Numbered from the whole stretch's first letter, positions 50,370 to 60,701 are shown. The stretch: 63,774 nucleotides of DNA, filler included, from Candidatus Methanoxibalbensis ujae (GCA_026134085.1; 4 parts of 4 records of this genome joined end to end with filler, not necessarily neighbours in it), one strand, 5' to 3'. Notes: generated by a model not told the origin, from the sequence alone. Numbers and translations: made by a program.

Positions 50370-52823
50370 GTGATGCGAATGAATGGAGGAACGAATGAAA
50401 ATAAAAATAAAAGAAAGAAGGGAGTGATATATTGCAGTGTTATACTGCTTTTGGTTGCAATGTCAGCATCAACTGTCACGCATGGTGGTGAGTTCTATTT
50501 TTCGCCGCAGCACAGCGTGTGCTCCGTGGGTGAGAGCACTCATGTGTTGCTGATGCTCAACACCAGCACCGCCATCAGAGGATATCAGACGGATATCTAC
50601 TTTGATCCATCAGTAGTGCGCATAGAGAGTGTGAATTGCTCAGTCAGTCCATGGGGTGGTGGAATGGCCTCTGTCACGCGGTATGAGGATCATGTGACAA
50701 TTGCTGAGATGGGTGGCAATGTTCCTGAGGGGCACTATGTGCTTGCAAACATATCGCTTAATTGTGTGGGAGAGGGCCTTTCTCATATTGACTTCAGAAA
50801 CACGCTGCTTTCAGATCCTCTTGGGAATCCCGTGAATGTGAGCATGATAAACGGCACTGTAAGAGTTGAGAAAGTTGAGAAAGTTGAGAAAATCGTGATA
50901 AACGAGTTCATGGCTGATCCGAGCGCTGGTGATGACTGGGTGGAGTTATACAATCCCTCCGCATCAGATGTGAACCTCACCGGCTGGTCTCTCAACGACA
51001 GCACATCTCGCATAAAAAAGCTGAGCGGCAGCATACCTGCGGGAGGTTACCTTGTTGTGCATGTGGGAAATCGGCTGGACAAAAACGGAGATGAGATCAT
51101 ATTGCTTAAAGACGGCATCGTCATAGACAATGTCACATACGGAGGGGCACCCGGAAATGCACCCGTCCCTCCAGCTGACAGATCAACAGGAAGATATCCG
51201 GATGGAAAGGACACTGATGTGGACAGCGAGGACTTCGTTGTATTTGATGTGCCCACGCCGGGAGCGAAGAACGAGGTGATGCGCGAGGAGCCTCTGACTC
51301 CCTTCCTCGTGTTCGGCTATGTTCATTCAGAAGCGGCGAGCAGTGTGGGTGCGCCTCTTGTGAAAGTGACCAATCTGAACACATCCGAGATTTTTGTCGC
51401 TGAGACCGCGGAGAATTACTATCAGATTCTCATGTCATCTGATGATGTGAGTGTGGGGGATGTGCTGCACTTTGAGGCTTCAGGCGAAAATGCTGAATTC
51501 AACATCACAGTCTCCGAGGACAACATTGAAAATGGCGGGCTTTTCTCTGTCAACATCACGATAGCACTGCTGCCCGACCTGAGTGTGAGTGCGATGGAAA
51601 CGCCTCCTGAGATTTATGCAAATATGGAAAACATCATAAACGCGACAATCTCAAATGTGGGATGTGCTGATGCATCTGCATTCAATGTGTCGCTGTGCGT
51701 GAACGGCACTGTGATTGATCATGTGAGTATAGATTCGCTGAGCGCCGGAGGAACAGTGAATGTAAGCTTCGCATGGACGCCGCCATCAGCTGGCGATTAT
51801 GAGATATGCGTGGTTTCAGATGCCGATGATGATGTTGAGGAGAGCGATGAGAAAAACAATGCATTATGCAGGAATGTGACTGTCTATGTCCGTGAAAAAG
51901 GAGTTCATGTGATCATCGGTGATTATTCAGTGCTGCCTGATGGCGAAGTGAGCGCACCGATAACACTTCATAACATCATTGACTATGGAGCTGGAACGAT
52001 ATGCGTGGAGTATGATCCGCATGTAATTTATGTCACTGATGTGAGCAGCAGTCAGCATTCATATGTGGGTTCCTACAACATCGACAACGCAGAGGGAGTT
52101 GTATGTATCTCGGCATGGAACGAAACTGGAGCGAGCGGAGATATAGTATTTGCATATGTGAGGATGAAAGCGGTTGGATCTGAGGGGAGCTCATCATCGC
52201 TCATCCTGAACATAAAGAAGCTTGTGGACATACATTACAGAGATGTTCCGACATTCGTGGAGAAAGGCTCATTCAGTATAAAAGAGGGAAATGCGCCGAT
52301 TGTCGGCAATCCCACCGCAACACCGAACATCATACTCAACGACAACGGCAGAGCTCGTGTTCATGGAACAAACATCACACGCCTTAATGTGAGCGTTTCA
52401 GACGATTCCGGCGTCTCCTCTGTGACGGTAAATCTCACGCCAATACTCGGACCCGGTCATGATGAGGTGCCCATGACACTGATAGAGGGCGACAGAAGGA
52501 GCGGCATATGGTCAGTCGTGACAAATGCAACATACGGCGTGAATAACACTCACTGCCTGCGTGTGAACGCGACAGATGTCTTCGGAAACTCAAACACCGA
52601 TAAATGCATACTGCTCACCGTTTTGAGACGGGGAGATATCGTCCGTGATGACAGAGTGGACATCGCAGATGCGCTGTATATTGCGAGATACACGGTGGGA
52701 CTTGAGCCAGCACCGGATGAGATTGTCGCCGGTGTCGTCCCCGCAGATGCATTTGACGGTGTTGACATGGCAGATGCGCTGTATATTGCGAGATACACGG
52801 TGGGACTTGAGCCAGCACCATGA
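50370..52823 (+). CDS. Secreted cohesin-lamin tail domain-CARDB-cohesin-dockerin protein
   Basis: LTD 'IVINEFMADP...DWVELYNP....VNLTGWSL...PTPG'; CARDB LPDL...ESDEKNN; dockerin RGDIVRDDRVDIADALYIARYTVGL duplicated. Confidence 0.85.
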   Translation: MMRMNGGTNENKNKRKKGVIYCSVILLLVAMSASTVTHGGEFYFSPQHSVCSVGESTHVLLMLNTSTAIRGYQTDIYFDPSVVRIESVNCSVSPWGGGMASVTRYEDHVTIAEMGGNVPEGHYVLANISLNCVGEGLSHIDFRNTLLSDPLGNPVNVSMINGTVRVEKVEKVEKIVINEFMADPSAGDDWVELYNPSASDVNLTGWSLNDSTSRIKKLSGSIPAGGYLVVHVGNRLDKNGDEIILLKDGIVIDNVTYGGAPGNAPVPPADRSTGRYPDGKDTDVDSEDFVVFDVPTPGAKNEVMREEPLTPFLVFGYVHSEAASSVGAPLVKVTNLNTSEIFVAETAENYYQILMSSDDVSVGDVLHFEASGENAEFNITVSEDNIENGGLFSVNITIALLPDLSVSAMETPPEIYANMENIINATISNVGCADASAFNVSLCVNGTVIDHVSIDSLSAGGTVNVSFAWTPPSAGDYEICVVSDADDDVEESDEKNNALCRNVTVYVREKGVHVIIGDYSVLPDGEVSAPITLHNIIDYGAGTICVEYDPHVIYVTDVSSSQHSYVGSYNIDNAEGVVCISAWNETGASGDIVFAYVRMKAVGSEGSSSSLILNIKKLVDIHYRDVPTFVEKGSFSIKEGNAPIVGNPTATPNIILNDNGRARVHGTNITRLNVSVSDDSGVSSVTVNLTPILGPGHDEVPMTLIEGDRRSGIWSVVTNATYGVNNTHCLRVNATDVFGNSNTDKCILLTVLRRGDIVRDDRVDIADALYIARYTVGLEPAPDEIVAGVVPADAFDGVDMADALYIARYTVGLEPAP

Positions 52824-52898
52824 CCCCCATTCTTTTTTTCTTTGCGTCTGCGAGGTGTGAATGACGGAAATGTGTGAAGGAAATGGAGAGGAGGACTC

Positions 52899-53777
52899 AT
52901 GACAAATGTGATCCCCTTTGCTTTATTGACTCTGTTTACACTTTTATTGGCTCCGTTCACACCTGCAGGTGGCACGACTGAGGACGCAGTTGTTGCGGTC
53001 GTGAGCGTGCCAAATGTGTCAATATCGCCAAATGCTCATGTCTCAGTTCAGATATCAATACAGAACATAACAGATTATGGAACGGGCACGATAGAGGTTA
53101 TGTATAACTCCTCGGTTGTTGATGTGACAGAGGTCAGAGGTTCGCCCGAATCAGAAGTCATCGCCTATAATATCGACAATTCATCGGTGAAAATATCCGC
53201 CTGGAATATGACAGGAGTAAGTGGAAATATAACATTCGCAAATCTGACATTCAAGTCGATCGGCATCCCCGGAAATTCTTATTTGAATCTGAATGTCAAG
53301 TCATTGCGGAACATTCGCTATGAGAATGTGCCTTATCAGACAATCAATGGCAGTATTGATGTGATGTCGCCTTCATCCTCAGAATCACCGCCATCATCAG
53401 GTGGATCATCATCAGCATCATCAGCATCATCAGCATCCTCATCAGCATCATCAGCATCATCAGGAGGTTCATCAGCATCTTCCTCATCACAATCGCTACC
53501 TCCACAATCTTCATCTCCATCATCATCTCCATTGTCATTACCATCTCCATCATCGTACAGTGCGGCAGCCACTGATAATACAACGGCCACTGATAATACA
53601 ACGGCAGCCGCTGATAATACGACCACACATGTCACTTCAACACAATCGCCATCACCAACTCAATCGCCGCCACCACAAACTCAATCGCCGTCACCTGTCG
53701 CAATTCCTGCCGTTGCTGCGATCGCCACAATAATCATCATAATTCTCATGAAAATCATGAAAATGCTGAGAAGATGA
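52899..53777 (+). CDS. Membrane-anchored cohesin protein (signal peptide, cohesin, Ser/Thr/Pro linker, C-terminal TM plus basic tail)
   Basis: Cohesin homologous to the second cohesin of the upstream ORF; long poly-Ser linker; IPAVAAIATIIIIILMKIMKMLRR. Confidence 0.82.
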   Translation: MTNVIPFALLTLFTLLLAPFTPAGGTTEDAVVAVVSVPNVSISPNAHVSVQISIQNITDYGTGTIEVMYNSSVVDVTEVRGSPESEVIAYNIDNSSVKISAWNMTGVSGNITFANLTFKSIGIPGNSYLNLNVKSLRNIRYENVPYQTINGSIDVMSPSSSESPPSSGGSSSASSASSASSSASSASSGGSSASSSSQSLPPQSSSPSSSPLSLPSPSSYSAAATDNTTATDNTTAAADNTTTHVTSTQSPSPTQSPPPQTQSPSPVAIPAVAAIATIIIIILMKIMKMLRR

Positions 53778-53838
53778 GATTATTGCTTGCGCATGAGCGA
53801 TCAGCCCTGGCGATAAATGGGCGATAAATGGACGATAA

Positions 53839-54861
53839 ATGAAACAAATGGATGGAATGAGTGTGAGGGCTGCGGTGTTCTGGGTCAACAGGGATTTTCT
53901 CATGGAGGAGAATCGTGCGATAGATGCATTGACTGTGATATTGAGGACGAGAGGATGCAGATGGCGTGCGTGCAGGATGTGCGGTTTCTGGCATGAAAGC
54001 GTGCCGTCGGTGACGCAGGACGAAATACTTTCGCAGTTCAGCAGTGCGCTGAGCGCAGCGTTCAAAAAGGGGCTGTTGAGGCGTGATGATGATTTTATGC
54101 TGAAAATATTCACATCCGGCAGCTTTTTCGACGATGCTGAGATAACGGATATCACGAGGATGCGCATGCTCGACATGCTCAGCGAATTTGATGGACTGCG
54201 GAAGATAATCGTTGAGACACGCCCTGAATTTGTGAGTGAGGAAAAGCTGAACGCATGCATCTCGGCACTTAATGAGGCAAATGAGCGATGCTTTATGGAG
54301 GTTGCTTTTGGTCTTGAAACCGCTGACGACTTCATCAGAGCAAAATACATAAACAAGGGTTTCTCCTTTGAAGATTTCAGAAATGCAGCGCTGAAGGTGC
54401 GGAAATGCGGTGCATCAGTGAAGGTCTATCTGCTTTTGAAGCCTCCTTTTGTCTCTGAACGTGCTGCAATAGAGGATGCTGTGAGGTCCGCGATCGCAGT
54501 CAGAGAAATCGCTTCCACAATATCGCTCAACCTTTGCAATGTTCAGAAGGGAACATTCGTTGAGCGCCTTTGGCGTTCATTCATGTTCAGACCGCCGTGG
54601 CTGTGGAGCGCAGTTGAAGCCATCATCCGCATTAAAATTGAAACTGAAAAGGCAGTGATATCCGATCCTGTGGGAGCGGGCAGCCGGAGAGGTCCGCATA
54701 ACTGCGGAAAATGTGATAAAAATGTGAAAGATGCCATTGAAAAATTCAATCTCACACAAAATTTGGAACATCTTGAGTGCGTTCGTGGCTCATGCACATG
54801 CATGATGATATGGAATAAACTGATTGAAGTTGATGATCTGCTTTTCAACGCGATTCCATGA
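53839..54861 (+). CDS. Archaeosine biosynthesis radical SAM protein RaSEA
   Basis: TVILRTRGC....C.MCG, KIFTSGSF, VETRPEFV, GLET, YLLLKPPF.SE, RPPWLWS, RGPHNCGKCD. Confidence 0.88.
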   Translation: MKQMDGMSVRAAVFWVNRDFLMEENRAIDALTVILRTRGCRWRACRMCGFWHESVPSVTQDEILSQFSSALSAAFKKGLLRRDDDFMLKIFTSGSFFDDAEITDITRMRMLDMLSEFDGLRKIIVETRPEFVSEEKLNACISALNEANERCFMEVAFGLETADDFIRAKYINKGFSFEDFRNAALKVRKCGASVKVYLLLKPPFVSERAAIEDAVRSAIAVREIASTISLNLCNVQKGTFVERLWRSFMFRPPWLWSAVEAIIRIKIETEKAVISDPVGAGSRRGPHNCGKCDKNVKDAIEKFNLTQNLEHLECVRGSCTCMMIWNKLIEVDDLLFNAIP

Positions 54862-55303
54862 TGCCGGATGTGACATGAGTGGCGAGTTGATTTATCAAAT
54901 CTCCTCTTTTCACTTTGTGTTTGCATTTTTCATTTTGTTGTGTGGTTTATTGACATCTGAAATAATTCATGAAATAATTCATTCAAACTCTGCTCATATT
55001 CTTTTTGCTTTTCATTCAGTTCTGAACACTGCTCTGGTCGTCTTTTATTATTCTGTTTTGTTGTTTATAATATTTTAATATTTAAAATAATCTTTATTTT
55101 TTATTTTTTATATGATTTATATAATTTATTAAAATTTATAAGTAAATTCTTACCAAATTTACCTCACTTAATGCGGATAATCTGATCTTCAGCGCTCATT
55201 CGGATGCTCCGGATGAAGAAAATTCTGCAACCTCACATGGAGAGGGCGTTCTCATTCATTATGTGGAATAAATAAGGAAAATAAGGAAAGCAAAGGGGAT
55301 AGT

Positions 55304-56350
55304 ATGAGAAAGATAAAAGCTGGCGTGCTGGGTGCGACTGGCAGTGTTGGTCAGCGTTTTGTGCAGCTGCTCTCGTCCCATCCGTGGTTTGAGATTGCAG
55401 CCGTTTTCGCGTCTGAGAGGAGTGCTGGCAGGGAATACAGTGAGGTTGCGAAGTGGTTTCTGCCCACTGAGATGCCGGGTGAAGTTGCTGAGATGACTGT
55501 GAAGTCTCTGCGTGAGCTTGACGATGCTGATGTTGATATAATGTTCTCGGCGCTTCCAAGAGCGGTTGCGGCGGATGTTGAGAAGAGATGTGCGGAGCTC
55601 GGATATGCTGTATCAAGCAATGTCGCTGTGCATCGTCTTGAGGAAGATGTGCCACTTGTAATTCCAGAGGTAAATGCATCACATCTCGCGCTTATCGGAC
55701 ATCAGAAGAAGCGCCGCGGATGGGATGGCTTCATAGTCACGAACCCGAACTGCTCCACAATAATACTCACAATCAGCCTCAAACCCCTTATGGAATTCCG
55801 CATTGAGGAAGTGCATGTCGCCACAATGCAGGCTGTCTCAGGCGCGGGGTATGCCGGCGTCACTTCAATGGCAATACTTGACAACATCATACCTTTCATC
55901 GCGAAAGAGGAGGAGAAAATGGAACGAGAGCCTCTTAAAATACTTGGAACGCTTGAAGGCGACAGAATAGTGGATGCTTCTTTCAAAATATCCGCATCCT
56001 GTCATCGTGTTCCCGTGATAGACGGGCATACAGAGGCTGTATGGGTGAGGTTCGCCGAAACTGTCACGGCAGAAGATGTGAAAAGTGCATTTGAATCTTT
56101 CAAATCTGAGCTTAAGACTCCATTTTCACCAAAAAATCCGATAATCGTGCGGGAAGAGGAGGACAGACCTCAGCCTCGCCTTGACAGAGATGCTGAAAAA
56201 GGCATGAGCATTTCAGTTGGCAGAATAAGGGAAAGCAAGGGCGAAGGAAGCGAGATAAAATACATAGTGCTCGGTCACAACACAATCAGAGGTGCGGCAG
56301 GCGCATCCATATTGAACGCTGAGCTTCTCGTTGAACTCGGATATCTGTAA
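55304..56350 (+). CDS. asd: Aspartate-semialdehyde dehydrogenase
   Basis: GATGSVGQRF, VPLVIPEVN, NPNCST, QAVSGAG, HNTIRGAAG. Confidence 0.96.
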   Translation: MRKIKAGVLGATGSVGQRFVQLLSSHPWFEIAAVFASERSAGREYSEVAKWFLPTEMPGEVAEMTVKSLRELDDADVDIMFSALPRAVAADVEKRCAELGYAVSSNVAVHRLEEDVPLVIPEVNASHLALIGHQKKRRGWDGFIVTNPNCSTIILTISLKPLMEFRIEEVHVATMQAVSGAGYAGVTSMAILDNIIPFIAKEEEKMEREPLKILGTLEGDRIVDASFKISASCHRVPVIDGHTEAVWVRFAETVTAEDVKSAFESFKSELKTPFSPKNPIIVREEEDRPQPRLDRDAEKGMSISVGRIRESKGEGSEIKYIVLGHNTIRGAAGASILNAELLVELGYL

Positions 56351-56449
56351 ACTACTCCCAGCTTTCGCAGGATTATAGGTCATAAGCCCTAAGGCGCACC
56401 CTCTGGCATCAGGGAGCGTCGCCCTAATGCCAATGTTCGCAGATTGAAA

Positions 56450-56549
56450 NNNNNNNNNNNNNNNNNNNNNNNNNNNNNNNNNNNNNNNNNNNNTTAATTA
56501 ATTAANNNNNNNNNNNNNNNNNNNNNNNNNNNNNNNNNNNNNNNNNNNN
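56450..56549. other. Artificial contig linker
   Basis: N-run, TTAATTAATTAA, N-run. Confidence 0.98.
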
Positions 56550-57594
56550 AACAGTGCGAAAATATGAGGAAGTGGTTGAAAAATGTCTCAACGGAATAAG
56601 AGAAACACTGCATAAACTCGGCATTTACCACGACAGATTCGTATGGGAGAGTGAGTTCGTGCGCTCAAGTGATGTTTCAGATGTTGTCAAAGCGCTTGAG
56701 AGGAGCGGGAGATTGATTGTTCACGGGAACGCTGTTCTTTTGAAAATGGAGAGTGTTGATAAGGACCTTGTGATCAGGCGTTCTGACGGGACCTCTCTGT
56801 ATTCAACGAGGGACATTGCATATCACAGGTGGAAAAGCGAGCGATGCGATTTCATGATTGATGTTTTGGGGAAGGATCATGAGCTTGTTGCGAAGCAGTT
56901 GGGAGAGGCTCTTGATATTTTGGGTGTGAAAAGACCTGAAATACTGATTTTTGAGTTTGTGTCGCTGCCTGAGGGATCCCTTTCAACGCGTGCTGGCAGG
57001 TTCATAAGCGTTGACGAGCTTATTGAGCGAGCTGTTGCGCGTGCGTATGAGGAGGTTGCAAGACGGAGGGATGACATTGATGAGGAGAAGAAGAGAAAAA
57101 TAGCAAATATCGTTGGTATAGGAGCGATGAAGTATGATATGGTGCGTGTCTCTCCCGAGAAGAACATGGTCTTCAACATAGAGGAGGCGATTGATATAGA
57201 AAAAAAAGGTGCTCCTTTCATTCAGTATGCGCATGCGAGGGCTTCAAGCATATTGAGGGAGGCTGAGAAGCGGGGTATCTCCGATAATGGAGTAAATAAA
57301 AATGATTTGAAAAATGATTTGAAAATAGAGCATTCTTCCGAGCGTGCGCTTTTGATGAAGCTTGCGATGTTTGACGCTGTGATTCTGCGTGCATGCGACG
57401 AGAGGAAGCCTCATATAGTTGCGAAATATGCTCGTGAGCTCGCTGAGGTGTTCAATCAGTTCTATCGTGACTGCGCTGTGCTGAGTGCGAGAGATGATGT
57501 CCGCTCATCTCGCCTGCTAATCGTGAAATGTGTGAGGAGTGTTCTGAAAACATCGCTGAACCTTATGGGAATTGAAGCGCCTGAAGAAATGTGA
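56550..57594 (+). CDS. argS: Arginine-tRNA ligase, 3' part (contig edge)
   Basis: RSDGTSLYSTRDIAYH, LSTRAG, QYAHARASSI, FNQFY, MGIEAPEEM. Confidence 0.95.
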
Positions 57595-57601
57595 GATCCC
57601 A

Positions 57602-58456
57602 TCAGCACACCTGCAACAGTTTTTCCTTTATTCTCATCTGATATTCCTGCACCCTCACGAAATACGCGGGCTCGCCTCTTGTTATCAAGATGCGCTTATC
57701 TGATGATATCCTGCGATAGAACTGTCCGTCTATGACGAGCTCAACTTCCTTTTCAGAGAGTGTTTTTATGCTTATGTTTCTGTCAATGTCCGCAACGATG
57801 GGGCGAGCAGCAAGTTTGAAAGGCGCAATAGGAACGATAATCATCGCCTCAACACTTGTGTCGACGATAGGACCTCCTGCGCTCATGGCATATGCTGTGC
57901 TTCCGATAGGTGTTGCGAGAATCAAACCATCAGCACGAATCCGCTCTATCTCCTCGTCGTCCATGAATATCGCGAGATGAAGCATCTTGCCCGGCTTTGC
58001 GGTGATTATGACCGCCTCGTTCATCGCATACGGTATGTGATCATTTCCATCTATGCGCACCGAAAGACGTTCTTCCCGCTCAACAGTGCATCTGCTCATT
58101 TTCAGCATCTCGGCGATCACATCAAACGCATTTTCAGGCTGAACTTCCGTCAGAAATCCGAGATCACCCGTGTTCACTCCCAAAACAGGAAGTGTTTTGC
58201 GCATTAAATGCAAAGTTCTCAATATAGTTCCATCTCCACCTATACAGATGATGAAGTCAGCATCTATATCTCCTATGTCACAGCCTTCCACATGAAGTTT
58301 CCGCGCAGTTCTTTCATCCACAAGCACAGTTATGTCGTCACGCAATGATTTTATATGCTCATGCAATCGTTTTGCCAGCAATACATCATCAGAACTGCCG
58401 CGGCAGACGATTCCGATGCTGTGCTTTGAAAATCTGAGATCAAATCTCTTTCCCAT
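57602..58456 (-). CDS. nadK: NAD kinase
   Basis: GGDGTIL, GVNTGDLGFL, MNE, DGLILATPIGSTAYAMSAGGP. Confidence 0.94.
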   Translation of the reverse strand: MGKRFDLRFSKHSIGIVCRGSSDDVLLAKRLHEHIKSLRDDITVLVDERTARKLHVEGCDIGDIDADFIICIGGDGTILRTLHLMRKTLPVLGVNTGDLGFLTEVQPENAFDVIAEMLKMSRCTVEREERLSVRIDGNDHIPYAMNEAVIITAKPGKMLHLAIFMDDEEIERIRADGLILATPIGSTAYAMSAGGPIVDTSVEAMIIVPIAPFKLAARPIVADIDRNISIKTLSEKEVELVIDGQFYRRISSDKRILITRGEPAYFVRVQEYQMRIKEKLLQVC

Positions 58457-58562
58457 CCTTTATCGCACACTCTTTCCATTCTATCTCATTTAAACATCAT
58501 TCAACAATTCCCGTTCAACATCATTAATCTCTGCTGCGACGCTGCAATCGTGGCACATAACA

Positions 58563-58973
58563 TCACTCATCTCCGCACAATCTCGAGATTGCCTCAGCGA
58601 GATCTCCTCCTGTCTCTCTGAGCATTGCCTTTGCATCTTCTTCAGAGCAGCCTGCCTTTGCCATAACGAGCTCGATGTCCTCCTGCGATATTGATGTCTC
58701 CTCTTTCTTCTCAGCCTCCATCTCATCAGCACGCACCTCGGGCTTCCTTCGCACCTCGGGCGTCCCGGTCACCTGAAATATCTTTGAGCCCTGCGCATCC
58801 ATCACTGTGACAGTGGCATTTTCAAGCACTATCTCCGAATCATGTGTCCTGATGATTACCTCCTTCACTCCTTCCAGCTCCTCAACACTTATTCCCGCCC
58901 GCCTCATGAGCTGAGCGAGCGTTTTCATGTTCAATCCCGAACCGCTTGCTCTGAAACCTCCTCGCCTCATCAT
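58563..58973 (-). CDS. nac: Nascent polypeptide-associated complex protein
   Basis: MRRAGISVEEL..VKEVII NAC domain; UBA 'EDIELVM..AG.SEEDAK..L.ETGGDLAEAI'; start placed at ATG 58973. Confidence 0.9.
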   Translation of the reverse strand: MMRRGGFRASGSGLNMKTLAQLMRRAGISVEELEGVKEVIIRTHDSEIVLENATVTVMDAQGSKIFQVTGTPEVRRKPEVRADEMEAEKKEETSISQEDIELVMAKAGCSEEDAKAMLRETGGDLAEAISRLCGDE

Positions 58974-59053
58974 TTTTCTATTGAGCGCGTATCCATATAA
59001 GATGTGAGTGAGCGCGCGGAGAATGCAGCTGCGCCAAAGTCCAAAATGGAGGT

Positions 59054-60673
59054 ATGATTGACATGTCGCCCGGCGGTGGGGAAATACCGCGTGTAGTGTT
59101 CGCTGCGGACAGGAGTTCAGCCGGGAAGACGACCGTGTGCATAGGCATAATGGCACTGCTTCGCGAGATGGGCTTCACAGTTCAGGGATTCAAAGTTGCG
59201 CTCGATTACATAGACACGGGATTTCATTCCATCATCACAGGCAGGGCATCACGCAATCTTGACGGTTTCCTGATGAGCCCGGCAGACATTTTGAAAATAT
59301 TCGCACGCGCATGTGAGGGTGCGGACATCGCTGTCATAGAAGGAGTGAGAGGGCTTTATGAGGGCCTGAATTACGATGACGATGTGGGGAGCACTGCACA
59401 GATATCAAAGATACTCGGTGCACCTGTCATTCTGATTGTTGACGCACGCAGCTTGACGAGAAGTGCAGCCGCACTTGTGTCCGGATATATGAATTTTGAC
59501 GAAGTTGAAATCGCAGCAGTCATATTGAACTACATAGGCACGGAGAGACATGGAGAAAAGGCTGAGAAGGCGATTGAGAGATATTGTGGCATTGATGTCA
59601 TCGGAAAGATACCTGAGGACAGGCATCTCAAAATAGGGATGCGGCATCTCGGATTGATAACAGCAGTTGAATGCATGAAGCGCATGTCAGATTTCAATGC
59701 GGTTATAGAGCGTATAAAGCGTGTCATAGGTGAGAATGTGGATGTTGATGCTGTTGTTGACATCGCACGCAGAGCTCGTAATATTTCAATTCCTGCAGAT
59801 GTCACACTGCCCTGCAGCGTTGAGCTGCCCATAGTGTCCTCATCACTGTCTTCATCACCATCCTCATCACCATCCCCATCACCAGCAGCACGCGCCTCGC
59901 ATTCATCGTCCACCTCACATACTGCTGCATCCTCCGCATCACTTTCACCTGCGCTTTCGTCTGCGTCAGTATCCTCCGCCGCTCCTGTTTCGCAGTCGCA
60001 CAGTGAGCGTGAGGAGCGTGTGAAGATCGCAGTTGCGTATGATGAGGCATTCAACTTCTACTATCAGGACACACTTGACATGCTTGCGTGTGAGGGTGCC
60101 GAGATCCTTTTCTTCAGCCCGATATATGACAGACAGCTGCCTGAAGGCATAGATGCGATATACATAGGAGGCGGATTTCCGGAGATTTATGCTGAAGATC
60201 TTCAGTCAAACGAAGACATGCGAGCATCGGTCAGGGAATACTATGAGAATGACGGCGTCATATATGCGGAATGTGGCGGTTTGATGTATCTCATGGACGA
60301 ACTGGAATATGAAAGTAAGAGATATGAGATGTGTGGTGTTATAAGAGGCAGAGCGGAGTGGACGGATGAGCGAAGAATTGTGAATTATGTTGTTGGTGAA
60401 ATTCGTCGTGATTGTTTTCTGGGGAAAGCAGGCAAGAGGTTCAAGGCGCATGAGTTCCATCGCTCAAAGATAATGTTGAGAGATGAATCCACAGACTTCG
60501 CATACCGCATATTCCGCGGTGAGGGCATAATCAGGGTGAGAGAGAGAGATGCAGTTGTAGGGCTTGACGGCATAATCACGAAAAACTGTATCGCATCATA
60601 CACGCATGTTCATGCGGTTGCATTTCCGAGATTTGCAGAGGATTTCGTGAGATTTCTGCGTCAGATGCAATGA
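59054..60673 (+). CDS. cfbB: Ni-sirohydrochlorin a,c-diamide synthase (CfbB; CbiA/CobB family) with Ser-rich interdomain insert
   Basis: SSAGKTT, DYID, RNLDGF, IEGVRGLYEG (recalled as CfbB-type; CbiA not excluded), MRHLGL, YAECGGLMYL, HEFH. Confidence 0.8.
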   Translation: MIDMSPGGGEIPRVVFAADRSSAGKTTVCIGIMALLREMGFTVQGFKVALDYIDTGFHSIITGRASRNLDGFLMSPADILKIFARACEGADIAVIEGVRGLYEGLNYDDDVGSTAQISKILGAPVILIVDARSLTRSAAALVSGYMNFDEVEIAAVILNYIGTERHGEKAEKAIERYCGIDVIGKIPEDRHLKIGMRHLGLITAVECMKRMSDFNAVIERIKRVIGENVDVDAVVDIARRARNISIPADVTLPCSVELPIVSSSLSSSPSSSPSPSPAARASHSSSTSHTAASSASLSPALSSASVSSAAPVSQSHSEREERVKIAVAYDEAFNFYYQDTLDMLACEGAEILFFSPIYDRQLPEGIDAIYIGGGFPEIYAEDLQSNEDMRASVREYYENDGVIYAECGGLMYLMDELEYESKRYEMCGVIRGRAEWTDERRIVNYVVGEIRRDCFLGKAGKRFKAHEFHRSKIMLRDESTDFAYRIFRGEGIIRVRERDAVVGLDGIITKNCIASYTHVHAVAFPRFAEDFVRFLRQMQ

Positions 60674-60701
60674 TTTATTTATTTTTGGAACAATCAAGTA
60701 A

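Noticed and set aside
53336..53733. Asp-, Met- and His-rich alternative ORFs
   Set aside because: Alternate-frame readings of the TCA-repeat Ser linker of the anchored cohesin gene.
54862..55303. AT-rich region upstream of asd as a lysine riboswitch or small membrane ORF
   Set aside because: No riboswitch consensus recognisable; the 54824-55078 ORF is a by-product of T-rich sequence.
56351..56449. Contig end finishing in ATTGAAA, like a CRISPR repeat 3' end
   Set aside because: Single occurrence at a truncation; no second repeat to support it.
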